NCBI GenBank assembly: GCA_048884965.1
Contig: JBHLQH010000021.1
Location: 1-60,850, forward strand
Direction: 5' to 3'
From: Candidatus Thorarchaeota archaeon
GTDB lineage: Archaea; Asgardarchaeota; Thorarchaeia; Thorarchaeales; Thorarchaeaceae
Length of the DNA: 60,850 nt
Both the position numbers and the translations under genes were made by a program. The notes beneath the pieces were generated by a model. It was given only the letters and a program-made list of their open reading frames with translations. It made no database searches and was not told where the DNA came from. This document shows positions 19,152 through 28,606 of this stretch, piece after piece (positions within the stretch are counted from its first letter, which is position 1; every line of letters begins with the position of its first letter).

Positions 19152-19896
19152 CCTCCCTGAATGCTATTCGCTTGTAGGGCCTTCCCCAGCGTTCCTGATA
19201 CATGAGACCTTCAAGAGGTGCTCTGCTTGGACCTAATGCCCTTGCGGATATTCTCTGTCCAATACAGAAAGCTGTGATTGGCTCCCAAATTGGCGGAATG
19301 CCAAGTTTATCCCGAATCAGCTCTGCATGGCGAGGATCTGAGCAAACCAGAGCCTCGTAACCACATCCATATCCAAGCTCTGTTGCCGTCAGCCACATGT
19401 TCTGAACAGCCATTCCACACACCACAGAACCGAATAGTGAATTAGGATATAGGTAACCTGCATCGTGCCAGGCTTCGCTAGCGCATACGATAATCACTGT
19501 ATCACTCTTCTCAGGATACCTGAATAGTTCACCGTCTCTTAGTCGTGCATATACCGCAGCTCGATAAGGATCAGATATGAACCAATTACGTCCACTTGTG
19601 AGCTCAAAGGGAGCTCCTCCAAATGCAGTCTGTGCCATCTCCTGAGCGAGATCAGCAAGGAAAACCTTCATGTCGTGATCATCGCGGATTACTACAAATC
19701 TCATCATGAGCATGTTCTCAGGACTTGGGGCGTGTCTTGCTGCCTCAAGTATAAGCTCGATATGCTCATCGGGTATCTTTTCTCCAGTAAATTCCCTGAT
19801 AGAACGCCTCTCTCGTATCCACTTCAGTGATTCTAACTCCTGAGTGGCTTTGGCTGTTTCTTCAGCTTTACCAGATGAATCTGCATCAGATGCCAT
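19144..19896 (-). CDS. Nitroreductase-family flavoprotein
   Basis: RERRSIREF, ILEAARHAPSPEN, QNMWLTATELGYG. Confidence 0.88.
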   Translation of the reverse strand: MASDADSSGKAEETAKATQELESLKWIRERRSIREFTGEKIPDEHIELILEAARHAPSPENMLMMRFVVIRDDHDMKVFLADLAQEMAQTAFGGAPFELTSGRNWFISDPYRAAVYARLRDGELFRYPEKSDTVIIVCASEAWHDAGYLYPNSLFGSVVCGMAVQNMWLTATELGYGCGYEALVCSDPRHAELIRDKLGIPPIWEPITAFCIGQRISARALGPSRAPLEGLMYQERWGRPYKRIAFREDE

Positions 19897-20068
19897 TTAT
19901 ACACCTCAATTGTTTTGAACAATAGCTCGACTCATGACGATGCTGACATAAATTCTTTCCGCGCGGGCGAAAAACTAGTAGTATTCTGTGCGAATTTTCT
20001 GAAATGTTCAGAATAGAAAGAAAGCACCATGTCTGATTCAAAAAGCAATCATATGATTGCGTGAAATG

Positions 20069-20821
20069 TTATAAATCAGACATTCGGGTCCAATCTCTGG
20101 GCATTTCAACAGAGAGGAATAATGCTACAACGACAATTGCCTCAATTAGATATCCAATTGGACTCAAGATGCAGAACATTGAGCCAATGATTAGGATAAG
20201 AGCGACTATGCGGCGGATTGATTGGTTCCCCATGACACTGTCATAGAACAGAAGGATAAAACCTGAAAGGGCAATTGTCAATGCTACAAATCCTATCGCT
20301 AATGCGTATGCAATCGCAAACCCAGGTATCGCGTCAAGAAACAAGAAGCCCGATTCAGGATCATAGTAGGCAATATCATATCCATATGTCTGTAGAATAA
20401 TCGCACAAGTAGCTTGAAGGACAGCACCCAAAATTGATACTATTGCACCTCCAATACCTAGGATATCCTTGAAAGATATTGTGAACCCGTAGAAACCAAT
20501 ACTCTGTAAAAGCAAGGCAGAGGTCATGAAGACAAAACCAGGAATCAATATGCGGGGACCTGTGATGAGGTCAATTCCTGAGAGTGCTGTTAGTAGCATT
20601 GTAGCTGCGAGAAGGCCAAATATCAGACTTAGGCTGCCTGCGTAGAAAGGTAACATATCGAAATCAGCAGTCTGTATTCCTATAGATTCCTTAGTACACT
20701 CTCTATGTGCATACCAATCTCGATATAGGACAACGTCATGACCTTGGAGGGTCTTTCCGCAGAAAATACAAGTGGCAACTCCTTTCTCTTCTTCTATTAT
20801 GCTCTGCAAGTCTTCCTTCAA
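20069..20821 (-). CDS. Multi-pass membrane protein with an N-terminal LIM-like Zn finger (CxxC...HxxC)
   Basis: CIFCGKTL...YAHREC followed by about six hydrophobic helices. Confidence 0.7.
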   Translation of the reverse strand: MKEDLQSIIEEEKGVATCIFCGKTLQGHDVVLYRDWYAHRECTKESIGIQTADFDMLPFYAGSLSLIFGLLAATMLLTALSGIDLITGPRILIPGFVFMTSALLLQSIGFYGFTISFKDILGIGGAIVSILGAVLQATCAIILQTYGYDIAYYDPESGFLFLDAIPGFAIAYALAIGFVALTIALSGFILLFYDSVMGNQSIRRIVALILIIGSMFCILSPIGYLIEAIVVVALFLSVEMPRDWTRMSDL

Positions 20822-21054
20822 CTTTAGAAACTCCTAGATAAAACTTGATTTGAAAGGATAAAAGGATTCGGTGAGAAAATCAACCGTGTATTGTCAGGGT
20901 CGTATCAGAATACTGGGTGAGTATTAGCTCAAACATACAAGGTGACTTATGGAGGGATGTTTGACAATCTGTTGGAGCGCACTTTTACTCTCCCGGCGAA
21001 ACGTGAGTTCCGCATTCGTTCTAGAGTAGGAGCGTGATGCTCCTCCTCACCATA

Positions 21055-22086
21055 CTACTCAATCTTACTGAAATCAATGGCTTCCAGAATGATCTGTTCG
21101 ATGATCGGAACTTTTTCCAGATTGTCTGGATTGACTGAGCCAATCAGCGAATCCACAATCGTCCCAGTAGTATACGTATCATGAGCAGTCATCATAATTG
21201 GAACGCCCACTTCTCTTGCTCGAGCTAGCGTACGGATATCTGGTCCAATACCACCTGTCAAAATCAAGAGATTTGTGTCTGTTTCCAAGGCAGTCAGGCA
21301 GATATCGGAGCGGTCGCCACTAGTTATCACAGCCTTATCCTTAGCACGTCGAAACCACTTCAATGCATTCTCGGGAGCCATACTGCCTACCATGAACTGA
21401 TCGATGAGGAGTTCAAGTTTATCCTCACCTACAACCATCTCACCATCTAGAGCTTTTGCAATTTCTCGGATATTCGGGCTGAATAGCTCGCGCGTTCTAT
21501 AGATGGTGCCAAGGAACTTCATCCCCTTAGATTCGATATATGGTTGAATCTTGTCGTTTATCACAGTCTTCAACATTGGAGGCACGAGATTCAGAATGAT
21601 GGATATGTCCTCAATCTGATAGTAGTTGAAAAGTGCCTTGAGGATTAGGATGTCATCAATAGCAATCTCATCAGGAAAATTCACCAGACATATCACTGAT
21701 GCCCCTAATTCCTTTGCGATCTGAGGTGTAGATAGACCGATATGCAAAAGATGCCACGGAGCAGCCGTCCCTTCAATAATCATGTAGTCGTTATTCTCTG
21801 ATACTTCAGTATAGGCACCATGAATTCTCTCCAACAGGGTCTCTCTTCCCACCTTTAGGAATTCATCAAAACTTGTTTTTGTTCTAGCAATGGGCATCAA
21901 TGAATTGATGTCGGATTTCAATGAAAGAATCTGCTTCATTACATGGGCATCATCATCATTAATCTCACCAATGGGCTTGAAGTACCCAACACGCTTACCC
22001 TTCTTTGATAGGTATTTGGCCAAACCTAGAGCAACCAGAGTTTTTCCAGTAAGCGTTTCACCGCTAATGACGATGTTCTTGGTCAC
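21055..22086 (-). CDS. Phosphotransacetylase N-terminal-like protein (BioD-like P-loop plus DRTGG domain)
   Basis: GETLTGKT, GYFKPIG, IIEG, VITSGDRSDI, LILTGG; coupled to the acyl-CoA synthetase gene. Confidence 0.85.
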   Translation of the reverse strand: MTKNIVISGETLTGKTLVALGLAKYLSKKGKRVGYFKPIGEINDDDAHVMKQILSLKSDINSLMPIARTKTSFDEFLKVGRETLLERIHGAYTEVSENNDYMIIEGTAAPWHLLHIGLSTPQIAKELGASVICLVNFPDEIAIDDILILKALFNYYQIEDISIILNLVPPMLKTVINDKIQPYIESKGMKFLGTIYRTRELFSPNIREIAKALDGEMVVGEDKLELLIDQFMVGSMAPENALKWFRRAKDKAVITSGDRSDICLTALETDTNLLILTGGIGPDIRTLARAREVGVPIMMTAHDTYTTGTIVDSLIGSVNPDNLEKVPIIEQIILEAIDFSKIE

Positions 22087-24206
22087 TAATGTTCTCCTCC
22101 AATAGTAATCTTTACATCAACAGCAGATACACCTTTGCCTTTTTCATAGGCAAATGCAGGATTGATATCAAGCTCCACAATCTCTTCAAAGTCAGATACA
22201 AGCTGACTAATCCGAAGAATAGTATCCTCAATCGCAACGAGATCACTTGGAGCCTCGCCGCGGACTCCTTTCAAGAGGGTTCCCATCTTCGTTTCGTCAA
22301 TTAGCTCAGCTGCATCCCTTCGAGTCATAGGAGCAAGTCTAAAGGATATGTCTTTGAGATAGTTGACAAAAATCCCACCGGCTCCAAACATTATAAGCGG
22401 ACCAAATTGAATATCGCGTGAGCAGCCAATTATCAGCTCCTTACCTTTTTCTGCCATCTCTTGTACATCTACTCCGTACACTATGGCTTTCGGCATATGC
22501 TTTCGTGCGTTATCAAGTATCTCCACGAAAGCAACTTCGACCTCTTGAGGGGTCGTCAGACCGACCTTGATACCTCCAATATCACTCTTGTGAACGATAT
22601 CAGGACTTGCGATCTTCAATACGACCGGATAACCAAGCTCTTCTGCTAGATTCTTTGCTTCTTCAGAGCTTGTTGCCAAGCGAATTCGCGCCACAGGAAT
22701 TCCATATGCTTCTGCAATCTCATGTGCTTCGCTACCGAGAAGAACTCTGCGACGGTCCTCTCGGACTGTTCTGATTATCTTCTGCACTCGCTCGCGGTCG
22801 GCCTTAAAGACAGGTGCAGTTTCATCCTTGATTTTATCCCTGTTCACGGTGTACTTGTATAGCTCTGAAAGAGCATGAACAGCTCGTTCAGGAAAATCGA
22901 AAACAGGAATACCTCCATCAGTCAAGATAATTCGGGGATAGACCATTGAATTGCCACCCATAAATACAGCAATCAGTGGCTTATCGGGGTATTTCTTGTG
23001 AGACTCAACAATTACTTGTGCAGTTTCTGCGCTTTTGGTCATGGCTTGAGGGGTGAGGAGCACCAAAACAGCATCCACATTCTCATCTCGTAGCGATGCA
23101 TCGATGCATAGCTCATAATCCTCAGGTTGTGCAGTCCCCAATGCGTCTATAGGATTATAGAGAGCGGCAGCGGGGGGAAGATGCTCTTTGAGGTATTCAA
23201 GAGTAGTAGTACTCAGTTTTGCTATCTCAAGGCCCATTGACTCACACGCATCAGTCGTAAGGATTCCAGGGCCCCCTGCATTCGTAATGATAGCGACGCG
23301 ATTACCCTTTGGAAGATACATGTCATCAAACACATTTGCTACATCGAATAACTCAGCCATGCTTGTTGCTCGGCTCACACCACATTGCCTGAAAGCCACG
23401 TCATATGCAGTGTCACTACCTGCCAATGAGCCGGTATGTGATGATGCAGCACGAGCTCCTGCAGCACTTACACCAGATTTCACAACGAAGATAGGTTTGT
23501 GAGGGACGACCTTTCTACATGCATCCATGAACTTACGACCGTTTACCACCGATTCGATATATAGCAGGATGAATGTTGAATCCTCATCTCGCCCAAAAGC
23601 CTCTACAAAATCGGCTTCGTCTAACTGAGCTTTGTTCCCCAAACTAACGAACTTTGAGAACCCTATTCGTTCCATCAAGGACCAATCAAGGATACCGGTC
23701 ATCAAAGCGCCTGACTGTGAGGCAAAGGCTATCGTTCCTTTCGAGGGAGTTCCAGCTGAGAATGAACCATTGTAGGGAGAGTGTGTATTGATTATTCCCA
23801 GGCAATTGGGACCTTGAACTACCATACCATATTTCTCTGCCATGTTGATTATTTGCTTTTCAGCCTCATTTCCTTCATGACCGATTTCTTTGAAGCCTGC
23901 GGTTATGATGACCAGAGCTTTAACACCTTTCTCACCACATTCTTGAACAGCTTTTAGAACAAACTTAGCTGGAATGACAATAATTGCAACATCAACAGAT
24001 CCATGGATCTCTTTGATGCTTCTGAAGACTTGGAGACCGATGATTTCTCCACCTCTGGGATTAATTGGGTAGATGCGACCTGAGAAACCACTGTCTACTA
24101 TATTTCTCAGTACATCATTGCCGAGTTTCCCTTTCGTTTCAGATGCACCGATCACAGCTATCGAACGCGGGTTGAACAAAGAGTCAATTCCTTTTTGTCG
24201 GTCCAT
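22086..24206 (-). CDS. acd: ADP-forming acetate/acyl-CoA ligase, fused alpha-beta
   Basis: PRSIAVIGAS, GPNCLG, SQSGA, ASSHTGSLAG (phospho-His), NAGGPG, YPVVLKIASPDIVHKSDIGG, ELDINP. Confidence 0.92.
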   Translation of the reverse strand: MDRQKGIDSLFNPRSIAVIGASETKGKLGNDVLRNIVDSGFSGRIYPINPRGGEIIGLQVFRSIKEIHGSVDVAIIVIPAKFVLKAVQECGEKGVKALVIITAGFKEIGHEGNEAEKQIINMAEKYGMVVQGPNCLGIINTHSPYNGSFSAGTPSKGTIAFASQSGALMTGILDWSLMERIGFSKFVSLGNKAQLDEADFVEAFGRDEDSTFILLYIESVVNGRKFMDACRKVVPHKPIFVVKSGVSAAGARAASSHTGSLAGSDTAYDVAFRQCGVSRATSMAELFDVANVFDDMYLPKGNRVAIITNAGGPGILTTDACESMGLEIAKLSTTTLEYLKEHLPPAAALYNPIDALGTAQPEDYELCIDASLRDENVDAVLVLLTPQAMTKSAETAQVIVESHKKYPDKPLIAVFMGGNSMVYPRIILTDGGIPVFDFPERAVHALSELYKYTVNRDKIKDETAPVFKADRERVQKIIRTVREDRRRVLLGSEAHEIAEAYGIPVARIRLATSSEEAKNLAEELGYPVVLKIASPDIVHKSDIGGIKVGLTTPQEVEVAFVEILDNARKHMPKAIVYGVDVQEMAEKGKELIIGCSRDIQFGPLIMFGAGGIFVNYLKDISFRLAPMTRRDAAELIDETKMGTLLKGVRGEAPSDLVAIEDTILRISQLVSDFEEIVELDINPAFAYEKGKGVSAVDVKITIGGEH

Positions 24207-24323
24207 ATTGTTGCACAACCTTCACGGAACTTCGAACTGTGGGCGCTATGAACTGGATTTAAGCACTATCGTAACGGCTGTCGACGATTTACATTCCAAT
24301 CTACGACAAAAACGAAAAGTACA

Positions 24324-24376
24324 TTCTATATGGAGTCGGTATTACTCACTGTAATATGTAGGTATGACGTGGATAC
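24324..24376 (+). promoter_or_regulatory. TATA box followed by phased GTAWTAC-like boxes (putative autoregulatory operator)
   Basis: TTCTATAT at 24324-24331; GTATTAC at 24339, GTAATAT at 24351, GTATGAC at 24362; TATTAC-n5-GTAATA is an inverted repeat. Confidence 0.45.
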
Positions 24377-24448
24377 TAATCAGGTGATTACCACCATAGA
24401 CGATGGGAGAATACTCATCGTCTGAGAGAGATATGTTGGTGATAGCAA

Positions 24449-24589
24449 ATGAAACTCGTAACATTACATGTTCCTGAAACCTATATTGACGGTCTTGAGA
24501 AGCTTGTCGAGAGCAATCTCTATCCAAATAGATCTGAAGCGATCAGGATTGCAATTAGGGACCTTCTCAAGAGAGAGCTTTGGGGCTAA
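24449..24589 (+). CDS. 46-aa ribbon-helix-helix regulator, CdrS/aCcr1-like
   Basis: Hand translation MKLVTLHVPETYIDGLEKLVESNLYPNRSEAIRIAIRDLLKRELWG; YPNRSEAIR.AIRDLL signature; GGTGAT RBS; below ORF-track cut-off. Confidence 0.88.
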   Translation: MKLVTLHVPETYIDGLEKLVESNLYPNRSEAIRIAIRDLLKRELWG

Positions 24590-24727
24590 AGAGCTGTCCA
24601 TTGGGGCCGCTCTCCCAAAACACTCCTTCGTCCAAGATACCTTAATGTATATCAAAAGTACGTAATCCCTTGTACCAGCACGCGTTCTATGCAGTAGGAA
24701 AGGCACAAAGAACCAAGGGGCATCGGG

Positions 24728-25669
24728 ATGACATCAGACTCGACGATTATCATAGGTAATCAGGATAGTCGCATTCAACTTGTTAGAGGGTGCCCTTGTA
24801 TGAAGCAATTTGGGGATGAAAGAGTATGCATCAATTATGATGATATTCTTCCGATCAAGTCAATTACAATCGATCCTCATTTCTTCGCCCAGTTTGAGTC
24901 TGTAGATGATTTGAAGGAGTATCAGAGTGACAATGACGGTCTCTGCTACGGTTTACTCAATCTTGACCCAAGGGACGGGAAAGCATATTGTGTGAGTCAG
25001 GGAAAGGCAGTCATGATTAACAACCACTATGTTCAAGCGGGAGATATCAGGGATGCTCTGAACTTCGTGGTCCCAACTGAAATGGGGAATGATGATGCAA
25101 TTTGTTCATCGTGTCTTTACAAGTATCTCGTAACATTGACCGATGTGCTACAAGGTCTTCTCAGTGATTCTGAAAGAGGCAAAGTAATCCTGACATATGC
25201 TAAGGACCTTGTGAATCGAATCGCAAATGACCTTAGTCAAGGAGTCATTTCATTCCATCGGAATTCGATAGATTCGGAACATGAGGAATTTGATACCATA
25301 ATCCAGAAACTCTCTGAGAAGCATTATGAAATTGTCACGAGTCTTAGGGAGCCAAAGGATGATGCTCTTAGACATTTGCTTGATGCGTACAGGAAACTCT
25401 ACAAACTGGAATCAGTTTTCCTGCATCAGGTAGTGTCACTGAATCAGGAAGAGGAAGAAGTATCAGCGCTCACATACCTAAGACTGATGGTAAGCACAAC
25501 AAGGAAAATTCTCTTGCTCCATGATGAGCTTAGAGAACTAAACCTCACTGTCCTTAGCCAAGGAGAGATTTCGTCAGAACAGGAAGAGATGCTGACAAGA
25601 ACAAACACCACTAGGCAAGATGCGGAGAGAGATTTGAGAAAATTGATGCCGCTGCTCTCAGAAATCTGA
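24728..25669 (+). CDS. Uncharacterised Cys-rich protein (paralog A)
   Basis: VRGCPC...C...CY...YCVSQG...ICSSCLYK followed by a helical C-terminal half. Confidence 0.75.
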   Translation: MTSDSTIIIGNQDSRIQLVRGCPCMKQFGDERVCINYDDILPIKSITIDPHFFAQFESVDDLKEYQSDNDGLCYGLLNLDPRDGKAYCVSQGKAVMINNHYVQAGDIRDALNFVVPTEMGNDDAICSSCLYKYLVTLTDVLQGLLSDSERGKVILTYAKDLVNRIANDLSQGVISFHRNSIDSEHEEFDTIIQKLSEKHYEIVTSLREPKDDALRHLLDAYRKLYKLESVFLHQVVSLNQEEEEVSALTYLRLMVSTTRKILLLHDELRELNLTVLSQGEISSEQEEMLTRTNTTRQDAERDLRKLMPLLSEI

Positions 25670-25765
25670 GTTAAGCCGACAGAAAAAGGGCTATAACAGT
25701 AGAAGTGTTTCAATTCATGTTACTTCTAAATATTAGAGGAAGAGCAGCACCTGGAGCTTGTTGGA

Positions 25766-26740
25766 ATGGATGTGCTTGGACGCGGTGATGATTTGGAACA
25801 AAATTCAATCCGAGTCGTTAGAGGATGTCCATGCTTCAAAGTCTTTGGGGATGAAACTCTGTGTGTTAATGATGATAATATCTTGGAAGTCGAAGCCATA
25901 GAGATAGATCCCTCAGTATTTGCGTTTCACCCAGATAAGGAAAGCATCTCTGAAGAACAGGCACAAGATGGGAACATATGCTATGCATCAATCTATGTCA
26001 ACTACCCTGAAAATAGAGTCTACTGTATCTCTCAGGGATGGGCACTCAGAATTCACGGAAAGGATGTCCCAGGAAATGACTTGGAAGACGCACTGCAATT
26101 CCTCTCAACCAAGGATTTGACAGCAAGTGCTGAGATATGTAGTGAGTGTCTGTACAAGTTCATCCTTACATTGGCGGATACTTTCGCGGATCTAATGAGC
26201 AAGAAAGAGAAAACAGATGAGGTCAAGAAGTACGTCGATAAGTTCTCTCTGATGATAGCTGTTAAGCATAGTCAAATGGATAATATGATGAATCCCATTG
26301 GAACAGAGGAGGAAATAGATGAAGGCGTAGATCATTTCGCTTTCCTTCGAGGCTATCTTGTTCAACTGCTTGATCAACAGCATAAATGGAATGACCTCTA
26401 TAATGCTCTGAGATCAGAGAAGGATGATGAATGGCTTCAGGAACTCGTTCAAATGAGAGAAAAGCTTGCCAGAATGGAGTTCCAATTCTATAGTCAGACC
26501 TTGCAGTTACGGGACATCACTGATTTTCACCTGCTGATTCGAATGCTCAAGTATGTGCTTAAGTCATCATCTGAGATTCTAGAACTAAATGAAGAAATCC
26601 ACAGGGTGATCAAATCTCACGAATTCATAGAGAAAGCAGTAAAAGATGAGAGACTAAAGAATCTGGAGTCGTATACTGAGAAGTCGCGCACTGTCGAACA
26701 TAATTTCGGTAATATCCTTCAGATATTGAGCAGATTATAA
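25766..26740 (+). CDS. Uncharacterised Cys-rich protein (paralog B)
   Basis: VRGCPC...C...CY...YCISQG...ICSECLYK followed by a helical C-terminal half. Confidence 0.8.
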   Translation: MDVLGRGDDLEQNSIRVVRGCPCFKVFGDETLCVNDDNILEVEAIEIDPSVFAFHPDKESISEEQAQDGNICYASIYVNYPENRVYCISQGWALRIHGKDVPGNDLEDALQFLSTKDLTASAEICSECLYKFILTLADTFADLMSKKEKTDEVKKYVDKFSLMIAVKHSQMDNMMNPIGTEEEIDEGVDHFAFLRGYLVQLLDQQHKWNDLYNALRSEKDDEWLQELVQMREKLARMEFQFYSQTLQLRDITDFHLLIRMLKYVLKSSSEILELNEEIHRVIKSHEFIEKAVKDERLKNLESYTEKSRTVEHNFGNILQILSRL

Positions 26741-26751
26741 TAGAAGATTTC

Positions 26752-27339
26752 TCAAACGATGAAACGGATATCAGCGAGTACTGCTTCTAGAAACATGGAT
26801 GCTTCATGCTCATGTTCACTGTCATTCCAATAACTAACAAATTCGCTGAAGATAGAAAGATCTTCCAATATTTCTTGAGCAAGTATAAGCAATTCATTAA
26901 CTAAAATCTCATCTCCCTGACCAATACCTGGGCAAATGGATTGCTTTGCACTTAGTCCGTATGAAATCTCATCATTTTCCTCACGGAATGTGAAGGGAAA
27001 GGACTTACACACCCCAGGACGAGCAGGATGCACCATACAAAGGTCATTCTCTAAGAAGATACATTCGCCAGTAGGATTCTTCTTCAAAGCAATGATGGCA
27101 AGACCTCGCTCTGTCTCAATGCGGGGGATATTCTGCAGTCCCTGAGGAAGAATCATTGCCTTTGTTTGGATGTAGAAATCTACTACCCTAAGCATCTGCT
27201 TCGCATCAAGTCCAAGGGCATGTGCTAGATATGAGATGTCACGCCCAGTCAATGTCACAATCATATCCTTTTGAGAACAACAGGCACCACAACAAATGCA
27301 CTTGAAGTGTGTAGGCAATTTCCCACCCTCGGGTGCCAT
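26752..27339 (-). CDS. YkgJ-family cysteine-cluster protein (CxxCxxCC)
   Basis: FKCICCGACC, CIFL..DLCMVHPARPGVCKSFPF, CPGIG. Confidence 0.85.
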   Translation of the reverse strand: MAPEGGKLPTHFKCICCGACCSQKDMIVTLTGRDISYLAHALGLDAKQMLRVVDFYIQTKAMILPQGLQNIPRIETERGLAIIALKKNPTGECIFLENDLCMVHPARPGVCKSFPFTFREENDEISYGLSAKQSICPGIGQGDEILVNELLILAQEILEDLSIFSEFVSYWNDSEHEHEASMFLEAVLADIRFIV

Positions 27340-27355
27340 TCAGGTGTCCCTCCCA

Positions 27356-28519
27356 TCAGAGATTCTGAAGGAATTCTTTCATGGCAAGCATTCCATTCTT
27401 GATATCGTCATTTGATGTGGAATATGAGAACCTAAGATGATGGTCGTACGAATCTCCAAATGCCTTGCCTGGAACAGAAGTCACACCGGTCTTCTTCAAA
27501 AGCAGCTCAGACAGAGTATTGCTACTAAGTTCGTACTTGCTCATATCAGGGAAGACATAGAAAGCACCCATTGGATTCATGCATTGAATTCCATCAATGT
27601 CACAGAATGTTTTCAGGATCATATCACGCCGTTCTTGGAAGGCTTCCAGCATCATTCGAATTGAGGATTGATCACCCCTGATGGCTTCAACTCCCGCATA
27701 TTGCACAAAGGAGGTGGCACAGGAAGTAGTGTTCTGTTGAATGCGTACCATATTATCAATAGTATCAGGTGACGCTATTGCATAACCTAAGCGCCAACCG
27801 GTCATCGCATATGACTTCGAGAACCCACTAATCACGACGGTTCGTTCCAAAGCAGGATCCACCTCAAGCATGGAGGTCTGCTTAAATCCATCATATACCA
27901 ATTCTTCATAGATTTCATCACTAAATATCAGGAAATTATTATCGCATGCTAGGTCATAGATCAGCTTCATCTGATCTTTTGTCAGTACGCCTCCAGTGGG
28001 ATTATTGGGGCTATTAATGACAATTGCAGATACTTCCTTCCCGATCTTATTCTTGAGAGCTTCCTCATCCAGCATATATCCAGGATTTGTCCGTACATCA
28101 ACTGGTTTTGCGCCAGCATTACGAAGTAGCACTTTATAGGTTGGCCAAGAGGGAGCTAGTACGAGGACATCGTCACCAACATCTATAGTTGATAGAAAAC
28201 CTTGGAACAGAGCCATCTTTGCACCAGGGGTTACGATAACATTCTTCCGGCCATTGATGTGGATATTCCGGCGGGCGTATAGTTCTTGAATGGCATCAAG
28301 TAGCTCTACTACTCCTCGAGCAGATGTATACCTAGTCTTCCCAGCTTTCAATGCAGCAATGGCTGCCTCGGTGATATTTGGGGGCGTTGGAAAGTCAGGT
28401 TCTCCTACTTCGAAGTGATATACCTTCTTTCCTTCCATCTCCATCTTTTTTGCCAAATCGAGAATCTTCAAAGTACCGGAAGCAGGAATAACCTGCATAT
28501 GATGAGAAGTCCAATCCAT
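27356..28519 (-). CDS. PLP-dependent class I/II aminotransferase (aspartate aminotransferase-like)
   Basis: GEPDF, NSPNNPTG, SDEIY, SGFSKSYAMTGWRLGY. Confidence 0.92.
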   Translation of the reverse strand: MDWTSHHMQVIPASGTLKILDLAKKMEMEGKKVYHFEVGEPDFPTPPNITEAAIAALKAGKTRYTSARGVVELLDAIQELYARRNIHINGRKNVIVTPGAKMALFQGFLSTIDVGDDVLVLAPSWPTYKVLLRNAGAKPVDVRTNPGYMLDEEALKNKIGKEVSAIVINSPNNPTGGVLTKDQMKLIYDLACDNNFLIFSDEIYEELVYDGFKQTSMLEVDPALERTVVISGFSKSYAMTGWRLGYAIASPDTIDNMVRIQQNTTSCATSFVQYAGVEAIRGDQSSIRMMLEAFQERRDMILKTFCDIDGIQCMNPMGAFYVFPDMSKYELSSNTLSELLLKKTGVTSVPGKAFGDSYDHHLRFSYSTSNDDIKNGMLAMKEFLQNL

Positions 28520-28606
28520 TCAATCGCCACCTATACTTGACGACTATCCCACATCCCGTGGGGATGTAGTTCCAAAGAGTATGGTAATATATCAATTGTG
28601 GATGGT

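Noticed and set aside
20895-21010. Hammerhead ribozyme (CTGATACGA on minus, CGAAAC on plus)
   Set aside because: The core elements are on opposite strands and the CUGANGA spacing is wrong
24342-24706. ORF-track calls 24342-24527, 24464-24706 and 24468-24665
   Set aside because: Superseded by the 46-aa RHH gene at 24449-24589, which has an RBS and a clear family signature
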